Below the pieces are notes generated by a model, which saw nothing but the letters and a program-made list of their open reading frames with translations, ran no database searches and had not been told where the DNA came from. From positions 1 to 36,632 of the forward strand of contig JAUQVK010000015.1 in assembly GCA_039794845.1 (NCBI GenBank): 36,632 bases of DNA. Reading direction: 5' to 3'. The DNA is from Thermostichus sp. DRC_bins_24 (GTDB lineage: Bacteria; Cyanobacteriota; Cyanobacteriia; Thermostichales; Thermostichaceae). The translations under genes and the position numbers were made by a program. The first letter of the stretch is position 1; every line of letters starts with the position of its first letter. Below are positions 29,747 to 36,632 of this stretch, one piece after another.

Positions 29747-30382
29747 TCAAGCTCCCAACCCCAGTAGGAGAATTGCAACCAAGGAGAGGATCCTGTGGGC
29801 TATGCTCCAGCCCTGTCGCCAGATCAACACCACCAGGATCCCCGCCAGCACCAAGCCCATGCCCAAACCAATGCGACGAAAGAGGGGATGGACCCGCTCC
29901 TCCAGCCGGCGTTTCAGCCATGGGAACAAAATACCCAAAACCAAGGCCACTGCCGGCGGGATCAAATCCGCCCGATTCCAGCCCCCCAGCACGTAAAAGC
30001 CGCTCAGGCAAATGCCCAAACAAAAAAACAGCACCCGCATGCCGGGGTAGTCTTGTCGGTAGCTAGAGGTGCGGCTTGGGGGTTCATGCGGGTTGGCCAG
30101 CACCAGCGGCTCTACCCCAAACTCTCCGCTCCACTCCGGTGTTTCCTCCGTTTGCCCCCGACACCAAAGGTAAACATTCACCTTGCGCAAGCCCTGTAGC
30201 AGGGAGGCCTCGACCGCATTGCGTACCACCTCCATCACCTGCACCGTATCCACCACATCGCCGGGCAGTCGCTCCAGCAGGACATTCAGAATCGGCCCCT
30301 TCAGCTCAGCCCGGCCAAACAGCCGCAAATCGGCAAGCTTGTAGTCGAGAATCTGGTTTAGGGTTTTGAGCTGGCGACGCAT
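29747..30382 (-). CDS. Hypothetical protein with a soluble N-terminus and C-terminal TM helices
   Basis: Fills the gap between dapF and DUF92. About four hydrophobic segments at the C-terminus. Confidence 0.6.
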   Translation of the reverse strand: MRRQLKTLNQILDYKLADLRLFGRAELKGPILNVLLERLPGDVVDTVQVMEVVRNAVEASLLQGLRKVNVYLWCRGQTEETPEWSGEFGVEPLVLANPHEPPSRTSSYRQDYPGMRVLFFCLGICLSGFYVLGGWNRADLIPPAVALVLGILFPWLKRRLEERVHPLFRRIGLGMGLVLAGILVVLIWRQGWSIAHRILSLVAILLLGLGA

Positions 30383-30604
30383 GGGATCCCCCAAAAAAGG
30401 GCGGCCGTCGGACTGGAGGGTTCAACATTGCTAGTTTAGCGAGTTGGGTTAGGGGAACGGGTTTGGCAAAAGCGCAAAGCCCCCTAAGGGCAAGAGAATG
30501 CGGAAATCGGGTACGGCCCGGTTGGCTTTTCCCTGGATCCGTCCTGGGTGCTTGTCGGTGCTCGTCCACAGTGCGACGGACGAGGTCTAACCTCAGGCCG
30601 CTCC

Positions 30605-31363
30605 CTATCCCCCTAGGCCCACAAGGGATCCCATTCCCACCGCCAAAAGAGCGGCCAACGTGGTCTGCAGGCCATTCACCACCTCATTGGTCATCCAGGC
30701 AAAGCGAGGTTGCACCACCCCCCCGATCCAACTTTCCGCTAGGGTCGCTAGGATCCCAGCCAACCCGCAAATGCCCAACCAAAGCAGGTTTCCCCCCACC
30801 CATTCTCCACCGATGCCCCAAGCCAACAGCGACAGCCCTGCCGCTGCCGCTACCCCCGCCAGGGATCCCTCTAGGCTAATAGCCCCTTCTGTGCCCGCCG
30901 GTACCGCTTGAAAAGTGGTGATTAAAAATGTTTTTCGTCCGTAGGCTTTGCCCACTTCGCTACTGACGGTATCTGCCAATTTTGCCGCAAAGCTGGCACT
31001 GTACCCCAACCACCACAACGGATGGGGAAAAAACACGTACCCGAGCGCACAGATGGCCCCCGTCAAGGCGGAGCCCCAAACGTTTTCTGGGCCCCTCGCT
31101 CCACCCCGTTTTTCGGCGATCCCCTGCGCCTGTTTGCGGCGGATCCCCAGCTTGGTCACCGCCGTCCCGAGCAAAAAGTAGGCCGCCACCACCCCATAGC
31201 CCCGCCCCCCCAGCCCCCCCCAAACCAAGAGGCCAAGAATGCCCGCATGCACAACCCCCATCCGCGTCAGGGCTTTTTGCGGACTGAACCAACCCAGCAG
31301 TACCAGAGCGAAATTGAGCCAGAGAGCTACCCCCCATTGGCTCAGGAGCCACGCTTGCCACAT
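30605..31363 (-). CDS. DUF92/TMEM19 family membrane protein
   Basis: GARGPENVWGSA, AKLADTVSSEVGKAYG, GTEGAISLEG, NEVVNG. Confidence 0.88.
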   Translation of the reverse strand: MWQAWLLSQWGVALWLNFALVLLGWFSPQKALTRMGVVHAGILGLLVWGGLGGRGYGVVAAYFLLGTAVTKLGIRRKQAQGIAEKRGGARGPENVWGSALTGAICALGYVFFPHPLWWLGYSASFAAKLADTVSSEVGKAYGRKTFLITTFQAVPAGTEGAISLEGSLAGVAAAAGLSLLAWGIGGEWVGGNLLWLGICGLAGILATLAESWIGGVVQPRFAWMTNEVVNGLQTTLAALLAVGMGSLVGLGG

Positions 31364-31401
31364 GAGCGGTGAAATCGCAGTAGAGTGATATACCACGGGA
31401 A

Positions 31402-31491
31402 CGGAGAGGGAGGGATTCGAACCCTCGACGGAGCTTTAGGCCCCGTAACTTCTTAGCAGGAAGCCGCTTTCGACCACTCAGCCACCTCTCC
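31402..31491 (-). tRNA. trnS: tRNA-Ser (anticodon GCT)
   Basis: GGAGAGGTGGCTGAGTGGTCGAAAGCG-GCTTC-CT-GCT-AA-GAAGT, a long variable arm, then GAGGGTTCGAATCCCTC-CCTCTCCG. No encoded CCA. Confidence 0.96.
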
Positions 31492-31662
31492 AGGTGCGCC
31501 AGACTCCCTTGGGAAAACTGACGATGACGATGATGACGATGATAACGATGAACCGGGATTCATCCCAGCTATCAGCTCACCCATTGTAGAGGATGGGATC
31601 CGACCCGGCAACTCTTTCGCGTCAGCTCGGCTGGGATCCCTGTCAGACGCAACCGCTGGGAT

Positions 31663-32211
31663 TTAACTCACCACTTGCAGGTAAACATCAAAGCTGCCGC
31701 TGTTGTCGCCATAGCTGCCCTTGGCATCGTTGACATTAAAGGCAATATCCAGGTTGGGATCCAACTCCACCTCTTGGGGCTGCTCCGGTGAAGCCTCGAA
31801 AACCTGATGGGCCACCAGTTGGGTATTCGGCTGAAACACAACAATGCCGTAGCGACAAAGGCCAGGGTAGCGCCACCCTTGCGGGGTGGGGATCCCTTTG
31901 CCCAGGGGAGATTTGATCCCCGTTGAGAAGGAGAAGCCATAGCGCCAGGCTACATTTCTGACGAAAAAGCGGATGCGGCTAGCCCGCAGGGGACGTTCCT
32001 GCCAGCGCAGGATATTGCCCAGCTCTTGGTTCACCCGCAGTCCGTGAAAGCCCATCCACGCCTGCAAAGCCTCTTCTTGAAGCTGTATCCCTTCAATCAC
32101 CAAAGCCTGGCTCCAATCCAAGTCGCTGCCATCACAGGTGATCTGCGGAGGAATCTGCGCCAAATCCAGTTGCGGCAACCCCAAGGTATCGGATGCAGAT
32201 TGAGTCGACAT
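31663..32211 (-). CDS. Hypothetical protein with a C-terminal LecA/PA-IL-like lectin motif
   Basis: C-terminal FNVNDAKGSYGDNSGSFDV. AAGGAG RBS upstream. Confidence 0.6.
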   Translation of the reverse strand: MSTQSASDTLGLPQLDLAQIPPQITCDGSDLDWSQALVIEGIQLQEEALQAWMGFHGLRVNQELGNILRWQERPLRASRIRFFVRNVAWRYGFSFSTGIKSPLGKGIPTPQGWRYPGLCRYGIVVFQPNTQLVAHQVFEASPEQPQEVELDPNLDIAFNVNDAKGSYGDNSGSFDVYLQVVS

Positions 32212-32678
32212 GGGTTTCTCCTTTTTTCTTGCGATATTTCAAATCGAAAACAATACAAAATGGATCCCGAAGACTAAGGATCGAAGATCTCTATAATTTG
32301 TTGAGATTAAAAAGTTACGCAATCAATTCAAGAGCCAGAACCCTCAAGATTTCACCTGAGAAGGCAAGATCGCCAGGGCCTTGAATGTTCTCGATAATAA
32401 ACCAAAATTACTTGATAGATAAAGCCTATTCCTGCAGAAATAGCCCTTTGCAATATCTCTTAGGGATTCCTTAACCCCCCGTGATTTGAGCTAAAACAAA
32501 GGCTGGGATCAAGATCCTTATCTGGAGCGGATCTTTATCTAGCGTTCGTATTCCAGAACACATCTACCGGCGCTGGTGAACTGTTAAGCGCTCTTGATGA
32601 ACACAAGTCGGAGCATCATCGCAAACCCTTCTGATAAGATCACCATCACACGTCTTCTGGGTGCCCAGCGCCCACGGC

Positions 32679-33662
32679 ATGCACGACAACCCCACCGCCA
32701 CCGCCACCGATTTCGAAATCATCCCTCTGCCGGATCCTCAACAGGCCATGTCTTTGGCGGGAGTGCGGGAGGCCAACTTGAAATGGATCAGTCGATCGAG
32801 CGGCGCTACGGTGACCCTGCGGGGGCAAGATCTCCACCTGAAGGGCACCCCTCAACAACGGCAGCAGGTGCGGCAATGGCTGGAGTTGCTCAAGCCCCTT
32901 TGGCAAACGGGGCACCCCGTTACCACCATCGATGCGGAACAAGCCTTTCGCGCCCTATCCAAGGAAGAGACTCTGGCCTACCAGCAGGCACAGACTGCTA
33001 TTTTGGCCCGCACCCGCAAAGGGGAACTGATCCGCCCGAAAACCCCCCGCCAACAAGACTATGTCCGCGCCATTCGCGCCCACGATCTCTGCTTTGGCAT
33101 TGGCCCAGCGGGTACTGGTAAAACCTATCTGGCGGCGGTCATGGCCATTGCTGCCCTACAAAACCGCGAGTACGAGCGCTTGATCCTGACTCGACCGGCG
33201 GTGGAAGCAGGAGAAAAGTTGGGGTTTTTGCCAGGAGATCTGGTAGAGAAGGTGGATCCCTATCTGCGACCCCTTTACGATGCACTGTTCGAGTTTATCG
33301 ATCCCACCAAACTGCCCCAACTGATGGAACAGGGGGTGATCGAGGTGGCGCCGCTGGCCTATATGCGCGGTCGTACCCTCAGCAATGCCTTCATTATTTT
33401 GGATGAGGCGCAAAATACCACCCCTGAACAGATGAAAATGATCTTGACCCGTCTGGGGTTTAAGTCCCGCATGGTGGTCACGGGAGATCTCACCCAAACG
33501 GATTTGGGCAGCCATCGACCCTCAGGATTGGCCACCGCCGAACGGATTTTGGGAGGTGTAGAGGGAATCGCCTTCTGCTACTTCGATCAGCGGGATGTGG
33601 TGCGGCACCCTTTGGTACAACGGATTGTCGATGCCTATGAGCGGTATGAGGCGCAGTTGTGA
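32679..33662 (+). CDS. phoH: PhoH family ATPase (YbeZ-like)
   Basis: GPAGTGKT, TRPAVEAGEKLGFLPG, AYMRGRT, ILDEAQN, VRHPLV. Confidence 0.95.
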   Translation: MHDNPTATATDFEIIPLPDPQQAMSLAGVREANLKWISRSSGATVTLRGQDLHLKGTPQQRQQVRQWLELLKPLWQTGHPVTTIDAEQAFRALSKEETLAYQQAQTAILARTRKGELIRPKTPRQQDYVRAIRAHDLCFGIGPAGTGKTYLAAVMAIAALQNREYERLILTRPAVEAGEKLGFLPGDLVEKVDPYLRPLYDALFEFIDPTKLPQLMEQGVIEVAPLAYMRGRTLSNAFIILDEAQNTTPEQMKMILTRLGFKSRMVVTGDLTQTDLGSHRPSGLATAERILGGVEGIAFCYFDQRDVVRHPLVQRIVDAYERYEAQL

Positions 33663-34384
33663 AGCCTAGGGTGCTGTTTTTTGATGCAGTGGGCACCTTG
33701 TTTCGGGTGCGGGGCAGTGTCGGTCAAATCTATGGCCAAGTGGCGGCGGACTACGGGGTGGAAGTGGATCCGCAAGCTTTGGATCGGGCCTTTTACCAAG
33801 CCTTTTCAGCGGCTCCGGCGGGGGCGCAGCCAGGGTTAACCGGATCCGATTTACTGGCCTGGGAACGGGCTTGGTGGCAACAGGTGGTACAAGAAACCTT
33901 CGCCCAGCTGGGATCCCTGCAGACTTTTTCACGGTTTGAGGCTTTTTTTGACCAGGTGTTTGAGCTGTTTGCCGGGGGGGATCCCTGGGAGCTCTACCCA
34001 GAAACGCTGCCCGTCTTGCAAACCCTGCAGGAACAGGGGATCCGGCTAGGAGTAATCTCCAATTTTGATAGCCGTTTGCTGCCGGTACTGAGGCAGTTAC
34101 AACTGGATGCCTATTTTTCCAGCATTACCCTGTCTACCCAGGTGGGCTATGCCAAACCCGATGCCCTGATCTTTCGGGCAGCCCTCGCCACCCAAGGGAT
34201 CCCTTCAGAGCAAGCCTGGCACATTGGCGATAGCTACCGCCAAGACTACCTGGGAGCGAAAGCCGCAGGACTCAACGCCCTTTGGTTGGACCGATCCGAG
34301 CAGCAGGAAGACCCTAGGCCCGACAAAACCCAGGCAAGAACCCCCGACCTGTGGGGAGCCCTTACCGCGATCCAGAAAGGCTGA
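33659..34384 (+). CDS. HAD-superfamily hydrolase (REG-2-like)
   Basis: FFDAVGTL, ISNFD, KPD, HIGDS..QD. Confidence 0.9.
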   Translation: MKPRVLFFDAVGTLFRVRGSVGQIYGQVAADYGVEVDPQALDRAFYQAFSAAPAGAQPGLTGSDLLAWERAWWQQVVQETFAQLGSLQTFSRFEAFFDQVFELFAGGDPWELYPETLPVLQTLQEQGIRLGVISNFDSRLLPVLRQLQLDAYFSSITLSTQVGYAKPDALIFRAALATQGIPSEQAWHIGDSYRQDYLGAKAAGLNALWLDRSEQQEDPRPDKTQARTPDLWGALTAIQKG

Positions 34385-35156
34385 ACAGCGATTGAGCCAG
34401 AATGCTATCTCGCTTCAGCAGGTAGCGACGTAGGTTCATCTGCCGCTCCAGCAGACAGGCATGGCCGCTGTAGGGGGAGATCTCCACCTGTACCTGGGGC
34501 AGCCGTTCCGCCAGCCGTCGCACCTCGTTAACAGAGGGCAACAGCCGATCCCGTCCCCCGGCCACCAAGAGAGTCGGTAGGGTCATGGCTTCTAGGGGCA
34601 AGTCGTCCACCACAAAGGATCCCAGCAGGGCCAGACGATGGGCAGCCACCGCTTGATCAACGCTATGAACCGCCTGGCGCAGGTGTTCCCGATCTGCGGG
34701 CTCCATTTGGTTTAGCTCTGCCAAGAACCCCAACCCCCGCTCCGACAGTTGGCGATAGAGACCCTGCGGCAAAAAAGGCAGCAGGAAGCGACCGGCCATC
34801 CACCAAGGCCCCCGCCGCAACGAAGAGGCCGGATTGATCAACAGCAAGCCCCGACACCGTTCCGGCCGGCGAGCAGCCACCAACAAAGCCAAGCAGGCCC
34901 CAAAAGATTCCCCACACAGGTAGGCCCCCTCCTCCAGTTGGGATCCCACCCAATCTGCCAGGGCTTCCCAGCTCTCGCCCGACTCCGGATGGTTCAAGCT
35001 CAGGGGGCGAATGCGAAAATCCTGCTCCAGGGTTTGTGCCTGCCGATAAAACAACTCACCCGTCCCATCCATGCCCGGCAAGTAGAGCAACAGAGGCCGC
35101 TCCTCATGGCCAGAGGAGGTTGAACGATTGACAGGGGTAGACCCAAAAGGCTCCAT
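34362..35156 (-). CDS. Alpha/beta fold hydrolase
   Basis: LLYLPGMDGTG, GESFG nucleophile motif, GRDRLLP, SGHACLLE. Confidence 0.88.
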   Translation of the reverse strand: MEPFGSTPVNRSTSSGHEERPLLLYLPGMDGTGELFYRQAQTLEQDFRIRPLSLNHPESGESWEALADWVGSQLEEGAYLCGESFGACLALLVAARRPERCRGLLLINPASSLRRGPWWMAGRFLLPFLPQGLYRQLSERGLGFLAELNQMEPADREHLRQAVHSVDQAVAAHRLALLGSFVVDDLPLEAMTLPTLLVAGGRDRLLPSVNEVRRLAERLPQVQVEISPYSGHACLLERQMNLRRYLLKRDSILAQSLFSLSGSR

Positions 35157-35158
35157 GC

Positions 35159-35884
35159 TCAATTTCCCAATCCTGATTGCACCTGTTCTCGGGCCGCCGC
35201 GGCCAACTGTTGAATCGCCTGCAGCCGTTGCTGCCGGGATCCACAGCGTTGTTCCCGGGTCGGCCACAGAGGGGATCCCACCTTGAGGGCAACGCGACGA
35301 TAAAACACCACCGGGTGCCCGGTTTCCTGTTGGAACATCGGCTCGGTCGGGTCAAACCAGCGGAAAAACCCCATCGGGATATCCACCCCCCGCCATTCTT
35401 CCTGCACCCGCACCGCCACCGGCACAATCGGCAGGGGCTCCACCCCAGAGACCAAGGCCAAATGGGCAAAACCCGGTTGAAACCGCCCCACCTCGCGAGG
35501 GGAGGTCTCGCGGGTGATCTGCTCTGCCCCTTCTGGGAAAATACCCACCCCCATGCCTGCGGCCAAACTGGCCTGTGCCTGCCGAAAGAAATGCACCTGC
35601 CGCTGGGATCCCTGTCTGAGGGGAATACAGCCCAAACCCAGGGCAATTTCCCGCAACAGCGGCACCTGCGATAGGTAATAGTGGCAGGCAAAGCGAATCG
35701 GTCGCCCCAACCCCGCGATCAACACCGGCGCATCCAGAAAACTGCGATGATTGCTCACCACCACCATCGGGCCGTTAGGAACCTGCTCGGATCCCTCTAC
35801 CCACACCTCCGTCTGACAAAGAGAAAGCAGCAGCTGCGCCAGAACTGTCGGTTCTGGATTGAAGAACAAAGAGGGAGCTAACAC
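35159..35884 (-). CDS. Lysophospholipid/glycerolipid acyltransferase family protein
   Basis: SNHRSFLD (HxxxxD), GIFPEG, PIVPV. Probable GTG start at 35884; the longer ORF merely extends into repeat copy 2. Confidence 0.85.
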   Translation of the reverse strand: MLAPSLFFNPEPTVLAQLLLSLCQTEVWVEGSEQVPNGPMVVVSNHRSFLDAPVLIAGLGRPIRFACHYYLSQVPLLREIALGLGCIPLRQGSQRQVHFFRQAQASLAAGMGVGIFPEGAEQITRETSPREVGRFQPGFAHLALVSGVEPLPIVPVAVRVQEEWRGVDIPMGFFRWFDPTEPMFQQETGHPVVFYRRVALKVGSPLWPTREQRCGSRQQRLQAIQQLAAAAREQVQSGLGN

Positions 35885-35938
35885 AGGTTGCTTCAAGAGA
35901 TGGCTTTGCAATGATTGCCTCAAATTCGCAGCGGCAGA

Positions 35939-36132
35939 TACAGCCCTTGACGCCAAAGACACACCGGCATGCTTGCTCCTGGCGACCCACAGGGCAACGC
36001 GAGTTACAGACAACAACCGTAACAACAACTGTAGAGGCCGAGACCTATCCCCTGGAGGGATGGGGCTTCGCACCTCGCAGAGCGAGAATGGGGTCACAGG
36101 CCCTGCCATGGAAAACCCGCACAAGGGCCACA
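35939..36132. mobile_element. Copy 2 of the TA-ended structured element (right TIR decayed)
   Basis: Starts TACAGCCCTTGACGCC...CACACCGGC and ends GAAAACCCGCACAAGGGCCACA. Shares internal blocks with copies 1 and 3. Confidence 0.65.
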
Positions 36133-36252
36133 ATTTCAAACTTAGCACCGGTGGCTCTCAACCGTCCGCTGCTTTTGAATTGTTAGGCTACTGGGAATAC
36201 CCTTGCTTTTGCCAATGCTCGACCCATGGGGCACATTGAGAAATCTCAGCTG

Positions 36253-36412
36253 TACAGCCCTTTACGCCTGGGGCACACCGGCGTGTCCGCCAGTCACGTG
36301 TAACAACTGTGGAAGTTGAGATCTAACCTCTGGAGAGCTAGCCCTCCGGACCCCGCGAAAGCGGGAGCAGGAAACATAAGCCCTGCCGTAGAAAACCCGT
36401 GCAAGGGCTGTA
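36253..36412. mobile_element. Copy 3 of the TA-ended structured element (perfect 10-bp TIRs)
   Basis: TACAGCCCTT at 36253-36262 and AAGGGCTGTA at 36403-36412. Internal hairpin CCCGC-GAAA-GCGGG. Confidence 0.75.
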
Positions 36413-36444
36413 ACATTAGTAACTGGGGACTGGGAGAATTCCTG

Positions 36445-36632
36445 CGTAACGTCTCACGCCCATCAACGGTGGTGAGTGAAACTGTGCTCGCCCGGCTCCG
36501 GCGAGCCGTCCGGTCTTTTTCCCGAAACGAGAAAATCCGACTTGACCGCTTTGACCGGGCGATGCTTTTGTTTCTTTTCGGGTGTGTTCTGGTTAACCCA
36601 GTTCAACGCCTGCCCAAACGCCTCCGGAGTCG
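36445..36632 (-). pseudogene. tnpB: Internally deleted, frameshifted remnant of an IS200/IS605-family TnpB gene (N-terminal part)
   Basis: Minus-strand fragments EAFGQALNWVNQNTPEK / KQKHRPVKA / RIFSFREKD(R)T / TVSLTTVDGRE match my recollection of the N-terminal region of cyanobacterial TnpB proteins. They are joined by deletions and a frameshift. Confidence 0.7.

Noticed and set aside
31519..31551. GAC/GAT trinucleotide run upstream of tRNA-Ser
   Set aside because: Simple low-complexity microsatellite with no credible ORF around it.
31402..31660. tRNA-Ser as an integration site for a prophage or island
   Set aside because: No integrase and no duplicated tRNA 3' end in the window. A conserved DUF92 gene lies immediately downstream.
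35885..36148. N-terminal extensions in the ORF track for the acyltransferase (also cas6, lptD, rqcH, cas10)
   Set aside because: They overlap upstream genes or repeats. Downstream starts fit family N-termini or gene overlaps better.
36423..36443. Minus-strand GGAATTCTCCCAGTCCCCAG resembling a segment of IscB omega/HEARO RNAs
   Set aside because: Only about 20 nt of similarity from memory, and the surrounding stems and iscB ORF are absent.

Overview
Chromosomal window from a thermophilic cyanobacterium. It is most likely Thermostichus (hot-spring 'Synechococcus' JA/OS-A/B' group), inferred from psbH/psbN and the very frequent palindrome GGGATCCC. Left end (1-8112): part of a type III-D CRISPR-Cas effector operon with the III-Dv layout (cas10 without HD domain, Cas7-Cas5-Cas11 fusion, double-Cas7 running off the window). 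It is preceded by a CARF-nuclease gene and faces a divergent cas6 with a C-terminal HTH. There is no CRISPR array in the window. Next come yihY, sua5 and a frameshifted purE, then a small AT-richer island (truncated membrane gene, MerR regulator, CxxC redoxin, MerR-type promoter). The rest is mainly housekeeping: an Lpt-like cluster, menA, menF, thrC, rqcH/NFACT, mmsA, yccF (broken by a 43-bp duplication), psbH, psbN, dapF, DUF92, tRNA-Ser(GCT), a LecA-like lectin motif protein, phoH, a HAD hydrolase, a hydrolase-acyltransferase pair and a tnpB remnant at the right edge. The most unexplained signal is a non-coding element of about 160-195 bp present in three divergent copies (11888-12052, 35939-36132, 36253-36412). 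It has TACAGCCCTT/AAGGGCTGTA terminal inverted repeats and covarying internal hairpins. One copy sits directly downstream of the MerR-type promoter and one abuts the tnpB remnant.
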